DNA of 64,000 nucleotides, taken from an uncultured Chloroflexia bacterium (GTDB lineage: Bacteria; Chloroflexota; Limnocylindria; QHBO01). Below, one piece after another: positions 47,463-56,808 of this stretch. The stretch lies in NCBI GenBank assembly GCA_963781555.1, contig CAWAGB010000003.1, forward strand, positions 72,071-136,070, read 5' to 3'. A model generated the notes under the pieces. The model did no database searches and had not been told where the DNA came from. It saw only the letters and a list, made by a program, of their open reading frames with translations. The position numbers and the translations under genes are program-made. Each line of letters starts with the position of its first letter. Position 1 is the first letter of the stretch.

Positions 47463-48983
47463 ATGAGCACGCGCGTCGCACCCGGCGAGATCGTCGCCGT
47501 ACCTGCCACGATCCGGCCACGACTCCGAACTGCCGGTCGCGTGGCGGCCGTGGCAGGCGTCCTCGGCATCCTCGGCCAGCTCCTCTACTTCGGTGTCGGA
47601 GTGGGGATCAACTACCCCCTCTCGGTGGCGCTGGCACTCGCCGCGGCGTGGCTGCTTCGGCCGCACGGGACCCGCTTCGACGCGATTGATGCGTGGCTCC
47701 CCGCCGTCGCGCTCGTCCTCGCGAGCTTCGTCGCGCTGCGCGGCGACCCGGTCCTCGTCTTCTTCGACATCCTCGCCTCGTTCGGCCTTGCCGCCGGTGC
47801 GCTGGCCGCCATCGGCGGCCACCAGGTCACGCGGCGCCTGCTTCCCGGCGTCCTTGGCCTCATCGGGAGCCTGGCCGGCTGGACCGTCGTCGGTGGCGCG
47901 CGCGTCGTTGCCGATGCCGCGGCGACCGCACGTCCGTCGCCGCGCGCACGGGGATGGCTGACCGCGGCGGGGCCTTACCTGCGTGGGGCGCTCATCGCCC
48001 TGCCCGTCGTCATCGTCTTCGCTGCGCTCTTCTCGTCCGCGGATGCGGTCTTCGCTCGGATGATCGGCGACCTGTTCGGCGTGGAGCTGGACTTCGGGGA
48101 GCTGCCCGGACGGGTGGCCGCGGCCGCCGTCTTCGCCTGGATCGCGGCCGGTGCGCTTGCGTTCGTGGCCGAGGCGCCGGCGCGCCGGGATGCGACGATC
48201 GGAAATCGGTTCCGCTTCCTGGGTACGCCGGAAACGCTCATCGTCCTCGTGGCCGTCGACGCGGTCTTCGCCGTCTTCGTGGTCCTACAGGCGGCCTACC
48301 TGTTCGGCGGCCTGGACACGGTGGCCGCCTCGGGAATCGGCTATGCCGAGTACGCCCGCCGCGGCTTCTTCGAGCTGCTGGCGGTGGCGGCCCTCGCCGG
48401 TGGGCTGGTCCTCGCCACCGAGGCGATCGTGCGTCAACGATCACGCGCCTACGTGGCGGCCGCCATCGGCCTGATGGTGCTGACCGCGGTCGTCCTCGCG
48501 TCCGCCTTCCTGCGGCTGCGCCTCTACCAAGACGCGTTCGGCTGGACTGAGCTGCGCTTCTACGTGCTGGCCAGCATCGGCTGGCTGGCGATCGGCATCG
48601 CGATGGCGATCGCGTGCCTTGCCCGCGACCGCTCCCGTTGGCTGGTGCATGGTTTGGTGCTCGCGGCGGGGGTCGTGGGGGTGACGATCAACGTCATCGG
48701 TCCGGTGCGCTACGTGGCGGAGCAGAACCTTGCCCGGGTTACGAATCCCTCGCTCGTGCCGGCAGGAGGGGAGACGGGGATCGACGCCGCCTATATCGCG
48801 AGCCTGGGCGACGACGCGGTATCCCTGGTCGTGGCCGCACGACCGGCGCTGCCCGAGGACGCTCGTATGCAGATCGACTACGCGCTCCGCGAACGGCGCT
48901 TCGAGCTGCTCGGTACCGAAACCCGGGCGTGGCAGGCGTGGAACCTCGGTCGCGAGGGCGCCCGGACGGCGCTCGGAGACTGA
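47463..48983 (+). CDS. polytopic membrane protein, DUF4153/DUF4173-like
   Basis: About 12 TM helices with a C-terminal soluble tail. The ATG at 47463 is preceded by GGGAGGGG; the track start at 47442 is a TTG. Confidence 0.55.
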   Translation: MSTRVAPGEIVAVPATIRPRLRTAGRVAAVAGVLGILGQLLYFGVGVGINYPLSVALALAAAWLLRPHGTRFDAIDAWLPAVALVLASFVALRGDPVLVFFDILASFGLAAGALAAIGGHQVTRRLLPGVLGLIGSLAGWTVVGGARVVADAAATARPSPRARGWLTAAGPYLRGALIALPVVIVFAALFSSADAVFARMIGDLFGVELDFGELPGRVAAAAVFAWIAAGALAFVAEAPARRDATIGNRFRFLGTPETLIVLVAVDAVFAVFVVLQAAYLFGGLDTVAASGIGYAEYARRGFFELLAVAALAGGLVLATEAIVRQRSRAYVAAAIGLMVLTAVVLASAFLRLRLYQDAFGWTELRFYVLASIGWLAIGIAMAIACLARDRSRWLVHGLVLAAGVVGVTINVIGPVRYVAEQNLARVTNPSLVPAGGETGIDAAYIASLGDDAVSLVVAARPALPEDARMQIDYALRERRFELLGTETRAWQAWNLGREGARTALGD

Positions 48984-49023
48984 GCCGCCTGCGGCATCGG
49001 TCCCGGCGGGCTAGCATGGCTAC

Positions 49024-49530
49024 ATGCCAGAACGACCCACCGCTCCGCGCGGCGACCTCGACACCTCGAAGTCATACCGCGCCCGATTCAAGACCGCCAA
49101 GGGCGACATCGTCGTCGAGCTCTATGGCGACCGCGCACCGAAGACGGTCGAGAACTTCGTCAACCTGTCGCGCGCCGGCTTCTACGACGGCACCACCTTC
49201 CATCGCGTCATCCCCGGCTTCATGGCCCAGGGCGGCGATCCGACGGGTACTGGCACCGGTGGCCCCGGTTACCAGTTCGGCGACGAGTTCCACCCGGAGC
49301 TGCGCCACTCCGAAGCGGGCATTCTGTCGATGGCCAACGCCGGGCCCGGCACCAACGGCAGCCAGTTCTTCCTTACCTTCGGACCGACCCCGCACCTCGA
49401 CAACAAGCACAGCGTCTTTGGCAAGGTCACCGAGGGGATGGACGTGCTGCGCTCGATCCGCGAGCGCGATCCGCAGCGCGACCGCCAGCCGGGCGACGCG
49501 ATCGAGACAATCGAGATCGAGGAAGCCTAG
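49024..49530 (+). CDS. cyclophilin-type peptidyl-prolyl cis-trans isomerase
   Basis: '[25 protein letters not shown]' and '[15 protein letters not shown]'. Confidence 0.95.
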   Translation: MPERPTAPRGDLDTSKSYRARFKTAKGDIVVELYGDRAPKTVENFVNLSRAGFYDGTTFHRVIPGFMAQGGDPTGTGTGGPGYQFGDEFHPELRHSEAGILSMANAGPGTNGSQFFLTFGPTPHLDNKHSVFGKVTEGMDVLRSIRERDPQRDRQPGDAIETIEIEEA

Positions 49531-49533
49531 GCC

Positions 49534-50196
49534 TCAGCTCCCGCTCGGTGCCGCGCTCGTCGGCGAGATGACCAGCTCGTCGATCGGGGTATCGCGGTAC
49601 CGGGCCACCCACTCCAGCACGTCGTCGGCATACGCACCCGACGCGTTGTAGGCCACCAGCGCGCGGCGCAGCGCGGCGCGATCGGTGTAATCGCCGGGCT
49701 CGCGGAGGCAGAGGTGCGCGGCAGCCGTGAGCGCCGCGTCGTACAGGTTGTCCGGGTCCGCCACGCCGTCCCCGTTTCCGTCGCGACCGAGCTCCTCCCA
49801 CGTGGTGGGCAGAAACTGCAGCGGACCCAGCGCCCGATCCCACTCCGCATCCCCGTCGCGCGTGCCGGCGTCCGTGTCGGGGATGCGCTGCAGTCCTGCG
49901 CTGCCGTCGAGCGCCAGGCCGCGGACCGGCGGGCGCACGTCTCCGTTCGGCTCGATCGTTCTTGGGCCGTCGGTCCGACCATGGTTCGACTCGACGCGGC
50001 CCAGCCCCGCCAGGATCTGCCAGTCGACGGCGCAGCCCGTCGCGATGCCGGGCGCAGCGTCGGACGCGCGCTGGTACGCATCCAGCGCGACCTCCGGGAT
50101 GCGGCGTCCCAACAGGTCGGGAGCGCTCCCCGAGCAGGCGGTGAGCGCCGACACGAGGATGAGCGCCAACGACAGCCGGCTGCGATGTGGGGGCAT
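49534..50196 (-). CDS. lytic transglycosylase-domain lipoprotein
   Basis: Lipobox 'LTAC'. 'ILAGLGRVESNHG' (catalytic Glu context) and 'GPLQFLPTTW'. Confidence 0.8.
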   Translation of the reverse strand: MPPHRSRLSLALILVSALTACSGSAPDLLGRRIPEVALDAYQRASDAAPGIATGCAVDWQILAGLGRVESNHGRTDGPRTIEPNGDVRPPVRGLALDGSAGLQRIPDTDAGTRDGDAEWDRALGPLQFLPTTWEELGRDGNGDGVADPDNLYDAALTAAAHLCLREPGDYTDRAALRRALVAYNASGAYADDVLEWVARYRDTPIDELVISPTSAAPSGS

Positions 50197-50261
50197 GGGA
50201 CGCCAAGTGTGACGTACGCTCGGACACGCCGCAGATCGGGCCGCCGACTACCATCGGACCG

Positions 50262-52424
50262 ATGCACCTGACCGTCTCGCTCGCCGACCTCCATGCGCTC
50301 CCCCTGCCGGGGTTGGACGCGCCGACCAAGCTCGCCTTCTCAGCCGACGGCAGCTGGCTGGCATACCTCCACGCCGGAGACGGCACGATGTCCCGGTCGC
50401 TGTGGGCCGTGGACGTCGCTTCGGGGCGACCCGAGCTCGTGGCAGGACCGCAGGCAGGCACGACGGAGGAAGGTGCACTCGGTCGCGCCGAGCAGCTGCG
50501 CCGCGAGCGCTCGCGGGAGCGGGCGCTGGGGATCACCGACTTCCACTGGGCAGACTCGGCGGACGAGCCGATCCTCTGCGCTCCCGCCAGGGGCGACGCC
50601 ATCGTCTGGCGTCCAGGCCGGGCGGCGGTGCCACTGGGCATGCGCAACGCGACCGATCCACGCCTCGCGCCGGGGGGTGATGCAATCGCCTGGGTTGCGG
50701 GCGGCGACCTGTGGGCTGCGCGACTGTCCGAGGACGGGACGTTGGGCGCCCCGCAACGCCTGACCAGGGATGCCGCGCCGGCCATCGGCAACGGACTCGC
50801 GGAGTACGTTGCTGCCGAGGAGCTGGACCGCCACCGCGGCTTCTGGTGGTCCGCCGGCGGCGACGCCATCGCCTATGCCCACGTCGACGAGCGCGGCATT
50901 CCCGCGTTCCATATCCAGCACCTTGCCGCAGAGCGGCCCGAGCTCGAGGAGCACCGCTATCCCTTCGCTGGCGGACCGAATGCGCTGGTCACCCTGCGGG
51001 TCGCGCGGCTCGACGGCGGATCCGCGGAGGTCGATCTCGGCGCGGCCGAGGATGATTACCTTGCACGAGTCGTCGCCGAGCCAACAGGCACCTGGCTCGT
51101 CGCCGTCCTGCCGCGCCGCCAGACGAGCCTGCGCTGGCTGCGGGTCGATGCGGACGGCGGCGCCCGGGAGCTGTGGGTGGAGCGCAGCGAACCCTGGATC
51201 AACCTCGACGACGACACGCGCGTCCTCGCCGACGGGCGCATTCTGCGCACCACGGAAGTCAGCGGCTTCCGCCATCTCGAGGTGCGCGCCGCTGACGGCA
51301 GCCCGGAGCGCACCCTCACGGGGGGCGAGTGGATGGTGACCGACGTGGCGGGTATCGCGGCGTTGGCGGGCGAGGTGCGATTCCACGCCACACGCGACGG
51401 CGTCCTCGAGCGCCACCTGTACTCCGTGCCACTGGACGCGCCTGAGCCCGTGACCGATCCGCATCGCATGACCGATGCGCCCGGCTGGCACGAGGCCGCC
51501 GTGGCGCCCAACGGGACGTGGGCGGACCGCTGGTCAAGCCTCACCAATCCCCCACGGGTGGTGCTGCATGCCGGCGGCGCGCCGCGCCTTCTGCACGCGG
51601 CGACCGCGGCCGACCGGCTGGTCCCGCCGCAGCTCCTCGAGGTGTCGGCGGCCGATGGGACGACGCCGCTGCACGCAGCGCTTTACCTACCGCACAGGCG
51701 TCCCGATGATCGGCCGCCGCCGGTCGTGGTGTGGGTCTACGGCGGCCCGCATTCACAGAAGGTCGCCGACCACTGGGAGCTCACCGCCCTCCCGTGGCGA
51801 CGCCTCATGACACGGCTGGGTGCGGCGGTACTGGTGACCGACAACCGCGGCACGGCGCACCGCGGGCTGCGGTTCGAGGCGGCGCTCGACCGCGCACTCG
51901 GCGAGGTGGAGGTGGCCGACCAGCTGGCCGCGCTCGACGAGCTCGCCGAACGCGGGCTGATCGACGCCACCCGCATCGCGATCACCGGCGGCAGCTACGG
52001 CGGGTATATGACGATCCGCGCGATGCTGCGCCATCAGGACCGGTTCCCGACCGGCGTGGCATGGGCCCCGGTCGTCGACTGGCAGGGGTACGACACGGCG
52101 TACACCGAGCGGTACCTCGGCCTGCCCTCCGAGCAGGCCGGCGCCTACGAGAGCTCGTCATTGCGACCAGACGCGGGAAGCCTCGCGGGCGCACTCCTCA
52201 TCCAGCACGGGCTCATCGACGAGAACGTCCATTTCCATCACACCGCCCGATTGCTTGACGCGTTCATGCGCGCGGGCGTGGCGTGCGACCTCCAGATCTT
52301 CCCCGGTGAGCGGCACAGCGGTCGCAACCCTGTCGCCCTGGAGGCGCGAGACCGTCGCGCGATCAGCCACCTGGCGGCAGGCCTCGGACTCATGCTGCCC
52401 GAGGACTGGGAGTCCGGGGTGTGA
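50262..52424 (+). CDS. S9-family serine peptidase (DPP-IV N-terminal propeller plus prolyl-oligopeptidase catalytic domain)
   Basis: 'GLAEYVAAEELDRHRGFWWS' (DPP-IV propeller), catalytic 'ITGGSYGGYM', and '...HGLIDENVH'. Confidence 0.9.
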   Translation: MHLTVSLADLHALPLPGLDAPTKLAFSADGSWLAYLHAGDGTMSRSLWAVDVASGRPELVAGPQAGTTEEGALGRAEQLRRERSRERALGITDFHWADSADEPILCAPARGDAIVWRPGRAAVPLGMRNATDPRLAPGGDAIAWVAGGDLWAARLSEDGTLGAPQRLTRDAAPAIGNGLAEYVAAEELDRHRGFWWSAGGDAIAYAHVDERGIPAFHIQHLAAERPELEEHRYPFAGGPNALVTLRVARLDGGSAEVDLGAAEDDYLARVVAEPTGTWLVAVLPRRQTSLRWLRVDADGGARELWVERSEPWINLDDDTRVLADGRILRTTEVSGFRHLEVRAADGSPERTLTGGEWMVTDVAGIAALAGEVRFHATRDGVLERHLYSVPLDAPEPVTDPHRMTDAPGWHEAAVAPNGTWADRWSSLTNPPRVVLHAGGAPRLLHAATAADRLVPPQLLEVSAADGTTPLHAALYLPHRRPDDRPPPVVVWVYGGPHSQKVADHWELTALPWRRLMTRLGAAVLVTDNRGTAHRGLRFEAALDRALGEVEVADQLAALDELAERGLIDATRIAITGGSYGGYMTIRAMLRHQDRFPTGVAWAPVVDWQGYDTAYTERYLGLPSEQAGAYESSSLRPDAGSLAGALLIQHGLIDENVHFHHTARLLDAFMRAGVACDLQIFPGERHSGRNPVALEARDRRAISHLAAGLGLMLPEDWESGV

Positions 52425-52441
52425 GGCGGTCAGGCCGCCTC
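52423..52441. terminator. short hairpin spanning both convergent stop codons
   Basis: GAGGCGG-TCAGG-CCGCCTC: a 7-bp stem. It overlaps the TGA at 52422-52424 and the minus-strand TGA (tca at 52430-52432). Confidence 0.35.
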
Positions 52442-52585
52442 GTAGAGCAGGTTGTAGGTGGTGGACGGATCCGGCGCGAAGTGGGTGCGCGTCCCGCAGC
52501 CGTCGCAGACGAGCTCATCGCTCGACTCGTCGACCGCGAAGGCGACCTCGTCCTCGCACCAGGCGCAGATAAGAAGGACTGTCAT
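52430..52585 (-). CDS. small CxxC...CxxC zinc-ribbon protein (51 aa)
   Basis: 'MTVLLICAWCEDEVAFAVDESSDELVCDGCGTRTHF'. ATG at 52585. Confidence 0.5.
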   Translation of the reverse strand: MTVLLICAWCEDEVAFAVDESSDELVCDGCGTRTHFAPDPSTTYNLLYEAA

Positions 52586-52593
52586 GCGGCGCA

Positions 52594-53913
52594 GTGTCGG
52601 GGCCGCTCGTGACACCTAGCGTGTCGCGAAGTCCGGAGGCTGCGGCCACGAACACGCGCGGCACGGTTGCCGACTGGCGGGAGTTCGGCCAACGTCGCTA
52701 CCGCCCGTTCCGGGTGCTGGCCGTCGCGCAGGGCTTCATCGGCTCGCTGTCGGGACCCGCGATCATCATCCCGCTCCTGCTCGGGATGGGCGCGCATCCG
52801 GCCCTGGCGACCCTGCTCGCCGTGCTGCCGGTGATCGGCACCACCGGCCAGCGCTTCGTCCCCGCCCTGCTGGACAGGACCGAAGGCAACCTGCGTGGGA
52901 TCGTCATGGTTGCCACCACGCTCGGCGAGCCGCGCGGCCTCTACCTCGCCGTGGTGGTCGCGCTGACCGCCGCGGGGGTGCTCCCGACGTGGGCGGCGAT
53001 CGCCCTCATCGGCGTGCTCATGGGCGTGCTGGGGGCGATGGGTGCCACCTCGTACGGCCTGCTCCAGGCGTGGTACCAGATCGTGTTGCCCGACGAGCGA
53101 CGGCGCGTCGTCACGCCACGGCTCGGTGGCATCGCGCTCGGCATCGGCTCGGTGGTGCTCCTGCCCTTCGCGCTGGCGATCGACCGGCTGGTGGCGGCGT
53201 TCGGTGTCTGGGCGTACGTGGCCCCACTCGGATTGGCGGGCCTCGGCGGCGTCGTCGCGTCCGTCATGGTCCGCAGCCTGCCCGCTCCGGGCCGCGTTCG
53301 CGTCCCACGCGCCGCGGCCGCGTTCGCCGGCCCCAACGAGGACCGGCTGCGAATGCTGGCTCGCGTGCTCAACCTCGCTGGACTGTCAGCCGGCCTTGCG
53401 CCGTTCCTGTCGGTCTACGCCATCAGCGTCCTCGGCACCGGCCCCGGGTTCGCCATTGCGCTCAGCGCGGTCAGCTCGGCGAGCCTCGTGGCGAGCTCCG
53501 TGTGGGTGTCCGGCCACCTGCGCGGTGGGTCGTCGTCCCGCCTCCTGCGCACCTCGATGCTCCTCCGCGGCGCCGCCCTGTGGAGCGGGGTGCTGGCATT
53601 CCCCGCCAACCCCCTGGCGCCGCTGGTGCTGATCCTGGTCGCCATTCTCATGGCGGCAGGCGACACCGCCGGCCAGCTTTCCGCCAACGAGCGTCTCTTC
53701 CGCCTGGCGACCGGCCCCAGCGTCATCGCCTTCCAGAGCGGCAACGTCGCTCGCAACGTCGCGGCGTACGGTATCGGGCTGGTGGCGGGATCGTTGGTCA
53801 TGCTGTTCGGCGGCTATCCGTCATTTGCGCTGCTCTTCGTCGCATCGGGGGCAACGCGCTTCGTGGCGGCCCGGCAGACAGAGGTCACGCCTCGCCAGGC
53901 AGTGATGCCTTGA
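52594..53913 (+). CDS. MFS-type transporter (12 TMS); start uncertain
   Basis: 12 hydrophobic segments in a 6+6 arrangement around a central loop 'LPAPGRVRVPRAAAAFAGPNEDR'. GTG candidates lie at 52594, 52609 and 52621. Confidence 0.65.
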   Translation: MSGPLVTPSVSRSPEAAATNTRGTVADWREFGQRRYRPFRVLAVAQGFIGSLSGPAIIIPLLLGMGAHPALATLLAVLPVIGTTGQRFVPALLDRTEGNLRGIVMVATTLGEPRGLYLAVVVALTAAGVLPTWAAIALIGVLMGVLGAMGATSYGLLQAWYQIVLPDERRRVVTPRLGGIALGIGSVVLLPFALAIDRLVAAFGVWAYVAPLGLAGLGGVVASVMVRSLPAPGRVRVPRAAAAFAGPNEDRLRMLARVLNLAGLSAGLAPFLSVYAISVLGTGPGFAIALSAVSSASLVASSVWVSGHLRGGSSSRLLRTSMLLRGAALWSGVLAFPANPLAPLVLILVAILMAAGDTAGQLSANERLFRLATGPSVIAFQSGNVARNVAAYGIGLVAGSLVMLFGGYPSFALLFVASGATRFVAARQTEVTPRQAVMP

Positions 53914-53932
53914 CGGGACGCCCATCGGTCTG

Positions 53933-53950
53933 CTTGCGTTATTGCGCAAG
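53933..53950. promoter_or_regulatory. inverted repeat CTTGCG-ttattg-CGCAAG upstream of the arsR-family gene (candidate operator)
   Basis: Perfect 6-bp arms within a locally AT-rich stretch. It ends 23 nt before the ATG at 53974. Confidence 0.35.
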
Positions 53951-53973
53951 TACGTGAGATACTTCACCCACCG

Positions 53974-54306
53974 ATGGATGTCATGTACTCACTCACCGCC
54001 GATGGCCAGCGTGCCAGGTCGGCCGAGATCGCCCGGGCCCTGGCGGATCCGAAGCGGATCTGTGTCCTGGAGCAGCTCGCCAAGCACGAGCGCAGCGTCA
54101 GCGACCTTTCCCGCGATGCGGGATGCCAGGTGCCCAACATGAGCCAGCACCTTGCCGTGCTGCGTACGGCTGGGCTGGTCATCAGCCGCCGTACCGGGAG
54201 CACCGTCCTCTATCGCCTCGCGGACGATCGCGTTCGCGAGCTCACCGAGCTCCTCGGCACCCTCGCGGGCAGCCGCGGATCATTCACCCTGTCTGGAAAG
54301 GACTGA
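53974..54306 (+). CDS. ArsR/SmtB family transcriptional regulator
   Basis: 'LADPKRICVLEQL...RSVSDLSRDAGCQVPNMSQHLAVLRTAGLV' is the winged-HTH signature. Confidence 0.9.
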   Translation: MDVMYSLTADGQRARSAEIARALADPKRICVLEQLAKHERSVSDLSRDAGCQVPNMSQHLAVLRTAGLVISRRTGSTVLYRLADDRVRELTELLGTLAGSRGSFTLSGKD

Positions 54307-54313
54307 TTTACCG

Positions 54314-54655
54314 ATGTCCACTGTTCAAGAAGTCACCGACGCCACCTGGGAGGCGGATGTCCTGGAGAGCGACAAGCCCGTGGTGGTCGACTTCTGGGCC
54401 GCCTGGTGCGGACCGTGTCGCATGGTCGCACCCGAGATCGAGAAGCTGGCGGAGAAGTACGCCGGCACGGTCGAGGTGCGCAAGCTCGACGTGGACGCCA
54501 ATCCGCAGACGGCCATGAAGTACGGGATCATGAGCATCCCCACCGTCGCCATGTTCCAGAAGGGGCAGGCACCCCGCGCCGCGGTGGGCTTCCGGCCGCT
54601 CGAGGCGCTGGAGGCGGCGTTCAACCTGGAGGCGGCAACGGCCCAGCAGGGCTGA
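54314..54655 (+). CDS. trxA: thioredoxin
   Basis: 'VVVDFWAAWCGPCRMVAP' active site. 113 aa. Confidence 0.95.
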   Translation: MSTVQEVTDATWEADVLESDKPVVVDFWAAWCGPCRMVAPEIEKLAEKYAGTVEVRKLDVDANPQTAMKYGIMSIPTVAMFQKGQAPRAAVGFRPLEALEAAFNLEAATAQQG

Positions 54656-54669
54656 CGGCGTCCACCACC

Positions 54670-54701
54670 GAGACCGCTCCCTGAATTCGGGGAGCGGTCT
54701 C
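54670..54701 (+). terminator. intrinsic-terminator-like hairpin after trxA
   Basis: GAGACCGCTCCC-tgaattcg-GGGAGCGGTCTC: a perfect 12-bp stem, followed by GCTGTCTGT. Confidence 0.6.
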
Positions 54702-54744
54702 GCTGTCTGTCCGGGTGTCATGCCGTGCGGCATACTGCGCGCTC

Positions 54745-56808
54745 ATGCGCCGTCCGCACCGCCTGAGCACCGGGCCGCTCGTCGGGGGAATCCTGATCGC
54801 CGGGCTGCTCGGCTCGATCGCCGTTCCCCAGCCGTCGCGTGCCGCCGAGGACGGGCTGCGCATCGTCACCGACGCGACGTACGACGTGCGCCCGGCGGAC
54901 GGAGTCGTGAAGGTCACGATCCAGGCGACCGCCACCAACACCACCCCGGACGACGCCTCCGGACGCACCTATTTCACCGGGCTGACGTTCGCCTTGCAGC
55001 CGGGCGCGACCAACGTCCGCGCGGTGTCCGGCGACGTGACACTGCCGCTCGTGGTGCGGGAACGCACAGCCGAGTTCACCTCCATCGACCTGACCTACCA
55101 CAAATCGGTCTTCTACCAGCAGGTCTACCACTACACGGTCTTCTACGACCTGCCCGACGCCGGCGACGCGCCGGACCGCGACGTCCGCGTCACGCCGAGC
55201 GTGGTCGCCTTCCCGGTGTGGGCGTTCGGCAGCTCCGGGGTCAGCGGCAGCAGCGTCAGCGTGCGTCTCCCCACCGGCTACAACGTCACGGTAGAGGCGG
55301 GGCCACTGAACGAGACCACGACGGACGCTGGAACGGCCCTATCGGCCATTGATCTGGCAGATCCATTCGCGTTCTTCGCGTACGTCTCGGCCGACCGACC
55401 GGGCGCGTTCGTCGAGACGCAGGCCAGCGTCGACATCGGTGGAGGAACGGCGCCGGTGGTGGTCCGTGCCTGGGAGGACGACGCTGGGTGGGGTGCCAGG
55501 ACGACCGACCTGATGACGCGCGGCATCCCGGCCCTGATCGACCTTATTGGGCTTCCCTACCCGGTCAACGGACGGCTGCGGGTCGAGGAGGCTGCGACCT
55601 CGCGGCTCGGCGAGTACGCGGGCACCTACAACGACGTCACCGAGCTGATCACCGTCCGCTATGACGCCGACGCCATCGTGAGCCTGCACGAGGCAGCGCA
55701 CATCTGGTTCAACGAGAATCTGTTTCGCGGCCGCTGGATCGGCGAGGCGTGGGCCGAGTGGTACGCCGTCCAGGCCGCCGACGCCATCGGCGAGACGGGC
55801 GACGTCTACGTGCTGACCGATGCGGAGCGCGAGCACCGCATCCCCCTCAACGACTGGGGAGCGTTCGGGGTAGAGGACCTGTCCGTCGAGGATTACGCCT
55901 ATGCGGCCACCTACGCGGTGGCCAGCCTGATCGCCGACCAGACCGATGTCGACGGCCTCCGCCGCGTCTGGCGCGCGGCGGAGGGCAACGAGATGAGCTA
56001 CCAGGCGCCCGGAACGGGCGGCGCACGCCCGGAGACCGGCATCGATGCCTCGCAGCCGGACTGGCAGCGCCTGCTCGACCTGCTTGACGAGCGCACCGAC
56101 GGCACATATGACGACATCTGGCGCGAGTGGATCATCAACGAGGGGGAGGCGCCGCTGCTGGACCGACGCGCCGCCGCGCGCGCCGCGTATACCGCGGCGA
56201 TCAGTCGCGCGGGTGACTGGGAGCTGCCGCACGACCTGCGCTTCGCGCTTGGCGCATGGCGCTTCGACGAGGTGGACGCCGACCTCGTCACCGCCGGCGA
56301 GGTGCTGGACCAGCGCGCGGAGATCGCGGAGCGTGCCGCCGCCCTGCAGCTCGAGCCGTCCGACGCTCTCGAGACCGCCTTCGAGGGCAGCGCCGGACTG
56401 GATGCCGCGCAAGCGGCGGGCACCGCCGAGCTGGGCACGTTGGACGCCGTGGAGCGGACACAGGCGCAGCTGGCCGACGCCCCGAGCGCACTCGAGGCGG
56501 TCGGCCTCGTCGGCAGCGATCCCGCGGCGCGCGTGGCGGACGCCCGGACAGCCTACGAAGCCGGCGACCTCGACCTGGCCGACACCGCGCTCGCGGACGC
56601 ACAGCGTCAACGGGGCGACGCCGACGCGGCCGGCCGGATGCGAGTGGGGATCGCCGGCGGAGCGGCGCTCGGCATCGACCTCCTCGCCATGGCGGCGATG
56701 GCTGTCCGGCGGCGCTCGCGACGCCGGACACGTGCCCGCGCCCGGGCAGCGGCGCATGCTGCGCCGCCACTGCCACCGACCGAGTGGCCACCGGAGGCGC
56801 GCCCATGA
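54745..56808 (+). CDS. secreted, C-terminally TM-anchored gluzincin (M1-like HExxH-x18-E) domain protein
   Basis: Signal peptide 'LVGGILIAGLLGSIAVPQPSRAA'. 'SLHEAAHIWFNENLFRGRWIGEAWAEWYA' parallels the M1 motif HExxHxWFGN...W.NEG. A long Ala/Asp-rich helical region follows, then the TM 'VGIAGGAALGIDLLAMAAMAV' and an Arg-rich tail. Confidence 0.65.
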   Translation: MRRPHRLSTGPLVGGILIAGLLGSIAVPQPSRAAEDGLRIVTDATYDVRPADGVVKVTIQATATNTTPDDASGRTYFTGLTFALQPGATNVRAVSGDVTLPLVVRERTAEFTSIDLTYHKSVFYQQVYHYTVFYDLPDAGDAPDRDVRVTPSVVAFPVWAFGSSGVSGSSVSVRLPTGYNVTVEAGPLNETTTDAGTALSAIDLADPFAFFAYVSADRPGAFVETQASVDIGGGTAPVVVRAWEDDAGWGARTTDLMTRGIPALIDLIGLPYPVNGRLRVEEAATSRLGEYAGTYNDVTELITVRYDADAIVSLHEAAHIWFNENLFRGRWIGEAWAEWYAVQAADAIGETGDVYVLTDAEREHRIPLNDWGAFGVEDLSVEDYAYAATYAVASLIADQTDVDGLRRVWRAAEGNEMSYQAPGTGGARPETGIDASQPDWQRLLDLLDERTDGTYDDIWREWIINEGEAPLLDRRAAARAAYTAAISRAGDWELPHDLRFALGAWRFDEVDADLVTAGEVLDQRAEIAERAAALQLEPSDALETAFEGSAGLDAAQAAGTAELGTLDAVERTQAQLADAPSALEAVGLVGSDPAARVADARTAYEAGDLDLADTALADAQRQRGDADAAGRMRVGIAGGAALGIDLLAMAAMAVRRRSRRRTRARARAAAHAAPPLPPTEWPPEARP

